Source: the human T2T-CHM13v2.0 reference genome, Homo sapiens
Length of the DNA: 64,000 bases
NCBI RefSeq assembly: GCF_009914755.1
Contig: NC_060932.1
Direction: 5' to 3' (one strand)
Each line of letters starts with the position of its first letter. The stretch's first letter is position 1. A program made the position numbers and the translations under genes. The notes under the pieces are model-generated. The model was given only the letters and a program-made list of their open reading frames with translations. It was not told where the DNA came from and did no database searches. Below, piece by piece: positions 1 to 12,521 of this stretch.

Positions 1-347
1 CATGTCAGGGGACTCATGCCCCTTACCACTGGGGCACATGTCCAACCATGACAGGGAACTTCATCTGCCCTCCAGGCTTCACAGCTTGAAGCTCAACCCT
101 TGTTCCTTGGCTATGGCGAGAGAATGTTCCCCAGACTCTGTCACAGACAATGGGTCCCTGGAGAGTTGGGAGTAAGGATGGTGGTGGTTGGTGTTTGGGT
201 CCCTTCTGAGCTGGTTCCTCTCATGAAGCTCTGGGGAGAGGTGGCATGAGGCCCTTTTGGATCTTTAGGGCCACTGGGCCTCAGGTTTGTTACTGTCCTT
301 AATTGCAAGACAATAAGAAAAGTCTCACTAGCAGTCAATTACAGGTT

Positions 348-410
348 GATAGATGATGGATGGATGGATGGATGGATGGATGGATGGATGGATGGATAAA
401 TGGATGAATA
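348..410. repeat. (TGGA)n microsatellite
   Basis: Direct run of GGAT/TGGA units; explains the IHPSIHPS ORF at 335..601. Confidence 0.95.
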
Positions 411-649
411 GACATATAGAGAGAATGACCAGATAGAGGTCTCAAGTGTGTAGCATGGGTCATAAGAGTTCTGGGGACTAAAGGAATGCTATGGACAGGT
501 AAGGTTTCACAGAGGAGGGGCCTAGAAAGGTACTTTGAAGGATGGACTATAGCAAAAAGACAAGGCTCTCCAGGTGGAAGGAACCATGTAGGCAGATGCA
601 CGGCAATGGGAACTAGTGATGAGCACTGACTGCAGGAGCTATGATTGTA

Positions 650-770
650 CCATTTCTGAGTGCTTACTCTATGCCGGGTAGCATACTATGTGCTTTACAG
701 AAAACCATTTCAATTACTCTTTGCAGCAACTTTATAAGGTACATATTATCAATGTCCTTTAAGAGAGGAA
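650..770 (-). mobile_element. MIR SINE fragment
   Basis: Resembles reverse MIR 3' core (gagtgcttactctatgcc...tgctttaca...caactttataaggta...). Confidence 0.65.
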
Positions 771-1059
771 AAAATAATTAACATTTTTAGTGATTATACT
801 GGGCATAGAAAAATGACCTGATATTCATTACCTCATTTAATCTGTGTCAGAGTGAAGTTCTATTTTTATGGCAGTGACTATAGCAATTATATAGCTTGTT
901 CTAAATAATAAAATCAATATGTGACAAAGCTGGACTTAATGCCCGGACATGTTGATCCAAACAGCCAATCAAGACCTCCTGTGAAACCCCGCTGGGAAAT
1001 AAGTTTGGAAAAATAAGTTGGACATTTGAAAAATGTTTTAGTACTAGTCTATAAGGATG

Positions 1060-1410
1060 GAGGAATTAATTTTTCAGCAATGAAGGACCAATAGAGGTTT
1101 TAAAGATAATAGCTGCAAAATCAAACATCACCTTGTGAAAATTAACCAATTTGCAATGTTCTGAGCAAATTATGAGTCAAAGAAACAGGGAGAGAGGGAG
1201 GGAAACAAGGAGAAGGTAATCACAATGGTGGAGCTGCTGATGAGGGAGTGAATATACTGTAGAGAGGGGGGAAAAGAAAAACATGAAAAGGAAATCATTG
1301 AAATGCTTAACGACTAATTTGATGTAGCTCCAAGTCTGGGTACCTGAGAAAATGATAGCCCCATTTATACAAATAGGTAAGACCCGAAGAGATCATTTGA
1401 AAAGGAATTA
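1060..1410 (-). mobile_element. Degenerate L2 LINE fragment
   Basis: Purine-rich, L2-antisense-like text (ctccaagtctgggtacctgagaaaatgatagccccattt). Confidence 0.4.
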
Positions 1411-2444
1411 GTTTATTATTCTCTACTAAGAAATCTGTAAATGCCTGAATCCATATTGCTTACAACAGAACAGAAATTCATATGTTTCTACTGGAGGTAA
1501 TCTAAGAATGGTCAATTTCTGGTATTACCATATCTAAGAATGACATATTCCCTATAATCATTATGCATCCTGAAAGCTTAATTAGAACAAGGTATCTATG
1601 TATTGTTATAATTATTATTACACCATACTAATGAATTAATAACAATGTAATTTTAAAAAAATGGTAAAACGAAAACAGAATAATTCCTCTATGTTTTATA
1701 CTTAGAGTGACTTTTCTGATCTTCAGTATCTTAAAATTCAAATATAAAATTCTATGTTTTTAAAATTTCCCGATTTCCAGCTAGGAATTTTTGCCCAGAC
1801 TCTTTCCAAACCAGACTCTGTGCTACTCTTTTTCTGTTATTACCCATCCTCACTTAGGAGGATCTAAAGAAAAAAGATCACATAAGCCACTCAACTTTAT
1901 AAATAAATGTGGACAACCGGGAGCTAGCCATATGGTACCCATTTGTTGGAAGTCCCAACAAACTGTTCATTTCTCCCAAGTGTTCCTTTTCAATATATTA
2001 GGATATCAGCTGTAAGCTGCTTCTGAGATGCTGTAGAGAATACCTAGTCATTGTGTCATAAAACCTTTGGTTGAGTCCTAGCCTGACTTCAGACCCACAT
2101 CCATAGTTAACTACAAGTTATAGGTAGAAAAATACAAAGCATAGAGAAAAATTTGAAAAGCCTTGTGCCTCCAAACACAAGACACATTCTCAGCTGCTTA
2201 TATTTCTAACAGTGGAGTATAAATTCAAAAAAATGAGGCTAAAATTTGATTGGCAAGTCTCGATCTTACCATGGAGTCTCATTTCCACAATGGTGACAGT
2301 GGGATTTGGCCTGCAGCAGTGGGGAAGGGGAGGACAGAGGGAGTTCACAAGAACTGGGAATGAGAGAATTTACCATAGACAGAGGCACAGGATGCTAAAA
2401 ACAAGACTTTTCTGGCAACTTTAGGCGCCACCATGTAGGAAATG

Positions 2445-4188
2445 TTTATTGGTGTGACCTTTGGTTTAGTATGTGAAGGTTTACATGATTGGGGAGAACC
2501 ACAGGACTCAGATTTGCAGAAATGAAAGATGCATAGTAATGAAGCTTGTTCTATATTAAAATGGCCACAAGTGAGCTATATATTTAGGCAGGTGAGGCTA
2601 TAGGCATATTATAAATCCACAACAGAAGGCAAAGTCAATGGTGCCTCCTGTATCACCATAACAATGCATAAAATGTATATTTCAAAGCTAGAAAGTGATA
2701 ATCATGGAAAATTTATAGGAGGGATATCTGAAAGGCAGCTGAAAGGCCCAGAAGCCATAGGGAGTGCATGATTTCATAAATACTGAAAAAGAATTATTGC
2801 AGGTCTCCTACCAAGCCCATTATATGTGTCAGAACTCTGGAAATTTGAGGACAGTGATTTAACGCCTGAGATGGTGACTGCCAAGAATGAATATGTCACA
2901 GCTTCTCACAGGAGTGAGGAAACCACCACAGGGCTGGCAGCAGCCAATTGACAGCCTGCAAAGAGTCCACTAGCCCAGGCCAACTCCAAGCAGTGTTTCT
3001 GGGGAGCCAGAGAGACAGTGTTCAAGGGAGACTGCCCACTCTCTCAAAGTGCCACCGGAGAGGGAGCCCCACAGCCTTCATTTAAGCTTGGTTTTGTTGT
3101 TACTTGGTCCACAGTTGCTTGCAACCTCCTGTAGCCAAATCACTCACAACCAATAAAGGATGTAAAAGCAAAAGTGATAATTCTTCTATGCTGTCTGCAA
3201 ATATCAGAGCAATTACCTACTGGTCATGTACTCATAAGGATCTCCAGAACGTTTTCCAGATATAGTCATCTCTTGGAATCTGCATTCTCCCATACCAATG
3301 GGATGTCTCTTTTGGTAGAAGTGAAGTTAGATGCAGTAAGGTATTTTTCTCAGTTCTTCTTATTTATTGGATGGATTCATGTGGCAAGACTGGTCAGCCC
3401 TGCTCTTTCTTGAATTCTGTCCAGCCATCTCAACTCACCAAGAGAGAGTCTGTATAGAACCCACTGCATCTTATTCTGACTACCTGTGATGAAGGACATA
3501 GTTGAAAATATACCAAGGAGATTTGTTAAAAGGGTACCATTGTCCTGTGATCTAGAGTAGCAACTTGAATTTCCAACATCTCTGGTTACTCTGATATTCT
3601 CAGCAACTTGCTCATTCTGTGGTAGAGCACCACTGTTTTATGTTTTTCAGGCATTTTTTCTCCATATTGTTTTAGACACGGTGCCATTATAATCACTTGC
3701 AATTGACCAGTAATTGTTGCAGAAGCAGGGCTCCCTCTGCCAGTGCCACCCAGTTGCTGGACTACACCCAGCTGAGTGCAGTAAGTTCCAGAATCCAATC
3801 AAAGCTAAACCCCATCAGTATCCAGGTTTCTCATTATGAAGTTGAGCCAACACTTGCTTCAATGCAATACCTCCCTCTTACAGGGCACACACAAAGCCAC
3901 TCCATTTTAGCTGTAATTCAGGCTCCTGAAATGCTTCCACAGGAAAACTCAATAGGAGACTCAGCTATGATCATTAATTCATGTTCAGAGATTTTATTCT
4001 TGCAATTGTCTTTATAGCTGAGATGGCTACCTGTGCTGATATCCCATCTGGAAAATGGGAGGAGGAATGTTTTCTTTCAGGAACATGAGAATAATCTTAA
4101 CTCAAGAAACAAAGCCTAAAGTGCATCCTATAGCCTTAGCAGAGTGAGAGAATAGCCCCAGGAAAGAGAGCTATCTCTGAGTATTCAT
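2445..4188 (-). pseudogene. Decayed intronless neurotrypsin (PRSS12)-like pseudogene: signal peptide, partial SRCR, kringle, SRCR, trypsin-like protease
   Basis: Manual frameshift-tolerant translation of the minus strand: ATG at 4188 (MNTQR*LSFLGLF...GCTLGF); VCPVRGRYCIEASV (3890-3849, cf. SRCR VRLVxG...EGxV); QQLGGTGRG (3759-3733); DYNGTVSKT..GEK/CLK (from 3694, kringle); DVGNSSCYSRSQD (from 3580, cf. GNHNYCRSPD); SPWYIF (3521-3504, cf. PWC); NKMQW...GELR (3475-3428); IPLVWENADS (from 3304, cf. PRSS12 IPIYWSNVRC); SLWL (3015-3004); WLLPALWWF (2946-2920, cf. WLLTAAHCF); CYGDTGG+PL (2663-2636, cf. CxGDSGGPL); AATAAA at 2450-2445. Many stops and frameshifts. Confidence 0.75.
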
Positions 4189-5179
4189 CCTAGTTTTGGT
4201 TTGTGATTAAGTTTGAATCACACAAGGGAAGTGCAAATCCTGTACTAATTAAGCCTCAATAGTTTTCCTGCCTCCTAAGCTATTCAATCACGAGCAGCCT
4301 AGAGTAATAGGACCAGAATGAGAACTTATTAACAGGGTGGTCTTGGCCATAACTTGCTATATGTAAAATGACATTAGTAGGATGAAGAGACCTTATCATA
4401 TGGCCACGAGGCTTAGACACAGTAGTGGCTCAACACAGGTTTGCTCTCTGATATACCTTTCTACTCCATCTGTGAATAATGATGGTGATAATAATAATAA
4501 CTAGCATTTATTGACTGTTATTGAGAAATGAAAACATGGATGTGAACCATGATTCACATCCACAATTTAGCACATGGTGTTCACACTTCCAGGATTTACA
4601 AAACTCTTAAAGACATTTTAATGACAACATAAGCTCCCTCCATCACCCAGGTCTGATTAAGCAGCACTTCACATTATGTGCTCACTAGCACTGAGATCTC
4701 CAGCCTACCATATACAGCATTATCCTAGGCATGTAGGACTTCATATATTTGTAAAAATGATAATAATTTAGAAAATTATCATAAAGATGCAAGCTTTTGA
4801 GAGATAATTTACAGTTTAATTTTTCCAATAAAAAAAATACCAGCATTTTTTGGTAAGTGGACTGCATGTGGATGAAAGTGTGCCAGGCCCACTGCTGATA
4901 AACGGGAAGTTTCTGTCTGCTGGGGGAGGGATGTACCACATCTATTGGGGGTGCTGGCTCTCCCCCAGCCCTCAAATAATTCACATTAAAACTTGGTAAT
5001 GTGACTGATTCATAAAACGCAACTTTCCCCAGCCATATTTCCTTGGTTCTCTAACATCACCTTTTGTGCCCTGAGGATTCATTTATTTCAGTTCATTTTA
5101 AAATTTGGTATTAATTCTGCTTTCTCTCACCCAGCATATTCCAATGACTAAAAAACAGGAGAATCTTTTTAGAGGAATG

Positions 5180-5315
5180 CTGTGTGTGTCTATTTGTGTG
5201 TGTTTGTGTTTGTGTTTCTGCATCTGTTTTTCTATGTGTGTTTCTGGGTGTGTATTCCTATGCATGTATTTATGTGTGTGTGTGTGTGTGTGTGTGTGTT
5301 TCTGTGTGTGTGTGT
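5180..5315. repeat. (TG)n-rich microsatellite
   Basis: Imperfect then perfect TG repeats; source of the CVCVCV/HTHTHT ORFs. Confidence 0.95.
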
Positions 5316-5525
5316 CTCCATCTGTGGAGAAATGGTAAAAAAAAAAAAAAAGGCTGGCACTGCCCTTTGAGTTACAGGTGTTGGAAGATTTCTTACTTCC
5401 TGTGAGTGCAGGCTTCATGGAGACAGCCTCCAGCAGATCCCAAAGAGCATGTTCATGACAGCTCAGGATCCTCTCTGAACACGTTCCTTGTTTGTGAAAT
5501 CCTGAAGTCTCTAAAGAAACCAGGA

Positions 5526-5843
5526 GGCCAGGCATGGTGGCTCATGCTTGTAATCCTAGCACTTTGGGAGACCGAGGCAGGTGGATCAACTGAAGTCAGG
5601 AGTTCAAGACCAACATGGCCAACATGGCAAAACCCAGTCTCTACTAAAAATACAAAAATTATCCAGGCATTGTGGTGGGTGCCTGTAATCCTAGCTACTC
5701 AGGAGGCTGAGGCAGAAGAATTGCTTGAACCCAGGAGGCAGAGGTTGCAGTGAGCCAAGATTGCACCACTGCATCTGCACTCCAGCCTGGGCCACAGAGC
5801 GAGGCTCTGTCTAAAAAAAAAGAAAGAAACAAAAAAAGAAAAG
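5526..5843 (+). mobile_element. Alu (AluS type)
   Basis: Full dimer with A-rich tail; TSD aaagaaaccagg at 5513-5524 and 5844-5855. Confidence 0.97.
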
Positions 5844-6689
5844 AAAGAAACCAGGGAAGGTTGAACCCAAACCCAATTTCTATTAGTGCTTCTCCAGAAG
5901 GTTAAAAAGGTTGCAAAATATCACTACCTCCCCTTCTCTGTATCCAAAAGGATCAGCCATCTGTTTTCGTAGCTAATAGTGGGTTGGCTAGTGAATGTTT
6001 CTGTTGTGCTATGGAGTGCCACGGTGGGCTCCAAGGGCCCTTTGTCTTGCATGTTTACATGTTTTATAAATGACTGAGTGTGCTAGAGCCCAGAATATCT
6101 CAGGACTCTTATTGAACCATGGGCAAAAAACATTAAAAATGATCTTAAGATATTCATTTGCCCTAGGATGCAGAAGGAATTTTACACCGTTTTCTTTATG
6201 TGTCTAGTAGATTAATATTTCCTTTATGTTAATATGAAGTTTATTATTCTTATCTTCATTTAATGTCCTGAGGAACCAGGTGAGACAATTTTGCCAGTTT
6301 AATGATCACTGGCATAAAGTACACGAGAGGGTCACTCAGGACAGGCCATCCCTTTCGAGGCATTTTGCCAAAAGAGCCTGGCGTTAATTAATTAATACTA
6401 GGAAATCCCCTGCCAGTCCCAGCTTTGAGAGACAAAAAATAATAAGAGTCTTCTAGGCTGTAGGCCAATACACCTCTTTCATAAAAATTAAAAGCCTAAC
6501 CAGAACTCCGATAGCAAATGTCCCTTTTCAAAGAGTAGCTAATCTAAAATTCATTATAGGAGATAAAGGAAAAATAAATGGTGGGCCCAGGAACCTTTTG
6601 GTAGAATATATGGCATCCAGGTCATTCTCTATCGTAAGTCAAGTTACTTTGATGGCTAGGTTGGAGTTTATGCTGATACAGTACAGCTT

Positions 6690-7310
6690 CCACGCATTAT
6701 GACATCACATCCAACATGTGGAGATGACCGGCTCTGGGCATGCCCTGTGCTCACCTGGCAGGTGATGGCGTGGGCAGGAAGTGCACAGCCTGCCTTTACC
6801 TTACGTGAACACTGTGTCTGGGCAATGGGCTAAGAACTGAAGAGGACAAGCTAGAAACGGGCTCCTTGCTGCCTCTATAAACCACGTGTGTGTACATCTT
6901 AGCGAGCCCACAGACAAAAAAGGCAAAGAAGCAGAGACCAAGAAGGAGCGCCTAAGAGGCACAGAAAAAGAGAGCCACAGAGACAGAGAGATGGAGAGGC
7001 AGACAGACAGAGGAGAGCCAAGGCACAGGGGAAGGGGCAGGCAGAGGCAAGCACTTCCTGGTGAACTGGGTCCCCTGTGTGATTGGCTGCTCCTAGAGAA
7101 CAGTTTCCCTGGCTGCAGTTGCTGTGCAACTGCTTCCTGCAATTAACTGACTTTATTGACTTTGTCTGTTTCTCCCCCTCCCTTAACCTCTTGTTTGCCA
7201 AGCCATCTAAGGAGCCACACCTTCGACTGGAAGGGGTAGTTTCAATTAGCACACTGTACATCTTGTCAACCCACCTCCACTTGAAGCTGTGATAATAGAT
7301 GTAAACAAAT
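6690..7310. promoter_or_regulatory. Candidate promoter/enhancer motif cluster
   Basis: Repeat-free stretch with TGACATCA, TTACGTGA, CACGTG, CTTCCTG (ETS core, about 7051 and 7131), CCAAT on the minus strand (about 7082-7086), GA-rich tract, TGTAAACAAA (FOX, 7300-7309). Motif inspection only. Confidence 0.35.
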
Positions 7311-8579
7311 ATGTGTTCATATCCTTTATATATTTATTCACATATAATATGTTTATCTGTATTTATGAATAATATTTGTTATATAATATATACATATATT
7401 AATATATGCATATATCTATGCACACACATATATCTCCTAAATTATGTTAAGGTCCATGTGAATACAAAATTTATTTTTTAAGAGGTCATTTCCAGAGCAT
7501 TGTATAGGCCTATGCACACATACACAAGTAACCAAGACTTGACATACCCAGCCCGTCTCTGCAATGAGAAACGAAAAGGGAGAAAATGCAGGGAAGACAC
7601 AGCTTTAGGTAGGACATTAACATCTGCATATGTAAAAACTAGCAAAATGGCTCAAAAATCATAGTCACAGAGTAAATGTAATGACTGAATGAATGAATAA
7701 GTGAACTATCACACATTGTTGTAATTACTGAAAACTTTTCTCTTTTTAAACTGGTCCTTCATGGGGGACACGTGTGCATATCAAAGTGCAAAGTCCCACT
7801 GGGAAACACCAGTTTGGGGATCATGATTTTATGTAGTGGATGAGCGGTTGGCTTAAGGTGTCATTTCAATTACCTATAATAATTGATAATTGGAGCCAAA
7901 TCTTCCCATTTAGCAAGCACTCAGTAAATGCTTTGGGGTTTTGGAGGAGAGAATGAAGGACTCCTCTTCTCACATTCTGCCATCATCACAGAATTATTTA
8001 ATAAAAGTCAAGCAATTTTGTCAAATAATTCTGTGTGAAAAAGTATATGTAAATATATATTTATTCAAGTGTGTATGTATATATACATATAAAACAAATA
8101 TGTATGTGTGTATGTATATATACATTTATAAAACAAATATATAAAATAAATATAACCAAATGAGTTACATTTGCCATTATAAGTATAACCACTCATTGTT
8201 ACCAGTTATATATTAAATATTATACTAAACAACCTAAACAGTAATTAAAATCAAATTACTATTTTGGATAAATAATATTTGTAATGGGGTAGAAATATAT
8301 GATTGATGGATCTTAATTTTTGAGCATCATCCCACTTATGCTGTATTGATGCATGTTTTTCTTTTTTAACATTTCTAAGAACTATGATCACAACATTTTC
8401 TCTAAGAAATATCTTCAAGTGCCTAAACCTTGCTCAGTGTTTCTTTACACATTGAATTCAAGAGAAGAGAATTCTCTTACGATGGAAGCATATTCACTTG
8501 GACCTAGAATTCATTCATTCTTATTGCTATAGAAGGCATGTTAAAGATACTACTTCCACTTTCCCAAGAGCATCTAATG

Positions 8580-8610
<31 letters not shown>

Positions 8611-8622
8611 AACTAAAATGCA

Positions 8623-9140
<518 letters not shown>

Positions 9141-9445
9141 GCTGATGTCCACCTTCTTGGGCCAGAGGAGAGACTCAACTTTGCTTTGAGCCATTGATGA
9201 GCTCAAATATGTAAAGTGAGATACATATTTGAGGTATTAAAGAGGAAATTCTTCAGCTAGGTTATCCTAAACGTTTCTCAAGGGAAAGTTTTCTGCAGTT
9301 TCTTCTATAACTAATCATTCTACTAAATAAGACCTGCATAGCATTTTCTATTAAAAAAAAAAAAAAGGTTAAATAGAAAAGACAAGCAGCTGAGAGAACA
9401 CCACTGAGAATTCTTTAAAGAAAGCAACCAGCTCAGCAGGGGCAC

Positions 9446-9466
9446 CTATATTTAGCCAATGAGTCA
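9446..9466 (+). promoter_or_regulatory. Abutting MEF2 (CTATATTTAG), CCAAT and AP-1 (TGAGTCA) sites
   Basis: Exact consensus matches at 9446-9455, 9456-9460 and 9460-9466. Confidence 0.45.
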
Positions 9467-9481
9467 GACACATTTTCTTAC

Positions 9482-9681
9482 CTAGCAAGCCAGTGGGCTG
9501 AACCAATAGGTTGTAGTTTCAGTTGAAAGGAAACAGAAAAAAATGTTGTGAAGAAGAAGAAAGAACTCTGAGAACAATAAGATTCTTGAAAGGAGCAAAT
9601 GATAGAAAAAGGCAATGCCAAAGTAAAGTCAGGGAAAGAAAACTGGGGTGGGGGCGAAGCCAGGGAAGAGATAAAGGAAAC
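9482..9681 (-). other. Candidate 200-nt non-coding exon
   Basis: Minus strand: cttatttttcttattttcAG|GTTTCC...GCTAG|GTAAGA; strong acceptor and donor. Confidence 0.4.
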
Positions 9682-10846
9682 CTGAAAATAAGAAAAATAA
9701 GTTCCAGAAAAGAAAAAGAGGAACATACTTTTCTAGTACTTTCTTTATATTTGATAAACTTTGAAATTGTGCCTACTTTCATTAAAAACTATTGTGTACA
9801 ATATGTGAATCTTTCAGTCCCAGGAAAGTATGGCTCTCTTGCTACTGAAACTGGGCCACGCCAAATAGAATATCTCACTTGTACATGTATTGAGTATTAA
9901 TAATTGCACAAGTTTATTGCTTTTATCAGAAGAAATAGACAAGTTTCTGCAAAGTCTCAGAAAAGCCAATGGGCTCCACTTCTGTGAAACAGAATTGTTC
10001 TGGGGGAGTGGGTCAGCCCTATCCCAGGAGAGACACCTGTCAGCTACAGGGCAGCACTCAGATATCGCAGGAGAGGCCCTTTGCTCTCTCAGACGAGGTG
10101 ATAAAAATGCAGTTTGATGGCCCTGAGAACAGACACATGCTGTACATTTAAACCTTTGTTTTATATTCTCTGCAGGATATTTGATGCCACAGAATCCCTA
10201 TTTAGTTGAAATAATTTGAATCTTTCTTCTACACTTTAGCCAACAATATTTAGCTTATCTCTATTTGCTGCTTTCATTCTCTAATTTAATAAAGACATAA
10301 ATAAACAAATTTTCACTAAAAAATGTTACGTTTGGCAAATTCTGTTTCCTAATTCTCCCTTGATAGTATGGTTTGAAATGGGAAGGAAGAAAATTATTTC
10401 ACCTGATTTACAATTGTTCTTACTAGTATGTGTTTTGGCTGAAAAGGAAAGCACCCACATGTGTAACTCACCTTTGAAATTTCCATAGAAAGATCACTCT
10501 TCCTTGTAGAAATCTGGATCATGCAATGATACCACTAGAAAATTTAAATGTATACAAGGATAACTAGACAGATACTGAACTTTTATTTAGTTTTCTTTTT
10601 GTGGTATACAGGACATTCTTGTAGGAAAATATCTGCCTCATTTTAAGGATCTGATAAATTATGTTTCCAAGGATTGAGGTTTAAGAGGGACTATGGGGCT
10701 TTTTCTGTCTCTCTGCCCAAAAATCAAGCTAAATGGTGTGTCTTCCAAAGGGAACTGTGAAAAAAAAAATGTTTTCCTTAAAGCTACCTCTGTATTTTCT
10801 CTCCATTGGCTGTTATGGTTCCAAGGACTGGATCGAACCAGCTCAC

Positions 10847-10929
10847 CTGCTCCACGTTGCTCATTTCTCTCAGCAAATCCAAGGACTCAGAAGGAACCCT
10901 TCACCAACTGCCCATTCCCGCATGCCGAC
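10847..10929 (-). other. Candidate 83-nt non-coding exon
   Basis: ctctgcAG|GTCGGC...GGAGCAG|GTGAGC; stops in all three frames; weak pyrimidine tract. Confidence 0.3.
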
Positions 10930-11189
10930 CTGCAGAGCTAACTCCAAGCTTGCTCCACCCACCTTCTGTCACCACCGTCCCTTTTCTTGTCTCAAAAGTC
11001 ATCATGAAAATGCAAATGTTGCCACAATTTGTTGAAAAAATAACAAAATTATAGTATGTGAAAGAGTATCTTGAAAATTGAATTGGAAATTTCTCTGATT
11101 TTTGCCTTAACACTGTAGAATTTTATTTCTAGAATTTTACCTTATTTTCTTATTTTTTTCCCACCAGGCAATAGAGAAATCAGCTATCT

Positions 11190-12160
11190 TATGACTTCAG
11201 ACATCTCTTGATTTTCTAAAATGAACCCTAAACTTAATACATCCAAAATGGAATGCAAGCTCTCTACCTGAAACAAAGTAAAATTTTAAATAAGTAAATA
11301 TTCTTTTCCAAGGTTCTAGGTTCCTGAGAATAGCATAACCACCCCAAGATCCAGGAATCTTCCTTGACATCTCCCTCCCTCTCGCCTGCCTCAGGGATCC
11401 ACCACCAATCCTCTCTGTTCCACCTCCTCCCAAACCCAAGGGAATACAGGTGAATTATTCCTTATCCAAAATGGTTGGGACCAGAAAAGTTTCAAATTTC
11501 AGATACTTTAGTATTTTGGAATATTTTGCATATACATAATAAGATATCTTGGGGATAAGACACAAATCAAAGCACGGATTTCATATATGTTTCATATATG
11601 CTTTATTCACATAGCCTGAAGGTGATCTTACACAATATTTCTGGTAATTTTGCACATGAATTAAAGTTTGTATTAAGTACTTATGTTTGAAGTTTTCTAC
11701 CTGTGGTGTCATGTCAGCACTCAAAAAGTTTTGGATTTTGGAGGATTTCAGATTTCAGATTTTTGCATTAGGGATGCTCAACCTATACCACCTCTTGCTT
11801 TGGAACCTTGGAACCTTGGGACCTTGGAATATCCTCCTGATTGGATATCCTCTCTGTTCCCTCCTTTAATTCATTCTCCATACTGCAGCCAACAAGGTGT
11901 CCTCCGTAAGCACCTCCCTTCACCCTCCAATTACACACTTCAGAGGCCTCCCGGTGCTGTTAGAATAGAAGCAATAATCTCCACATGGCCTACAAGTTCA
12001 GCCTCTGTGGCCCCCATCTGTCTCCCCTCTTGTCCCATTATCTCCCCTTCCCTGCAGCCCATCTTGTCTATTCTTCCCAGAGAATACTCCTTCAAGCCCT
12101 CTTCACCTAGTTAACTCCTATCTCAGGAGGCACTAGTAAACAGAAATGCAGTGGATGGGA
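11190..12160 (+). mobile_element. L2 LINE fragment, interrupted by a Tigger4-type element
   Basis: L2-like text (aaacttaatacatccaaaatggaa; ccttgacatctccctc; tccttcaagccct) on both sides of 11447-11785. Confidence 0.6.
11447..11785. mobile_element. Tigger4/MER46-type non-autonomous DNA transposon
   Basis: TIR-like ends caggtgaattattccttatccaaaat ... atttttgcattagggatgctcaaccta, flanked by TA. Confidence 0.85.
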
Positions 12161-12196
12161 TTCTTCATCAATGTCCCCACTGCTTCTTGGATTATT

Positions 12197-12521
<325 letters not shown>

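Noticed and set aside
2424-2450. LTR end plus primer-binding site (AATAAA...CA TGGTGGCGCC, minus strand)
   Set aside because: No recognisable LTR or partner LTR, and the match is too short.
3400-3830. Viral envelope glycoprotein reading (RVTR/DV furin-like site, N-glycan sequons, LLGIFST resembling bornavirus G)
   Set aside because: Flanking sequence does not continue the similarity, and the same bases are better explained by colinear kringle, SRCR and trypsin motifs.
5098-5535. Cys/Val- or His/Thr-rich ORFs, also at 42990-43407, 46416 and 60847
   Set aside because: Products of (TG)n/(CA)n microsatellites.
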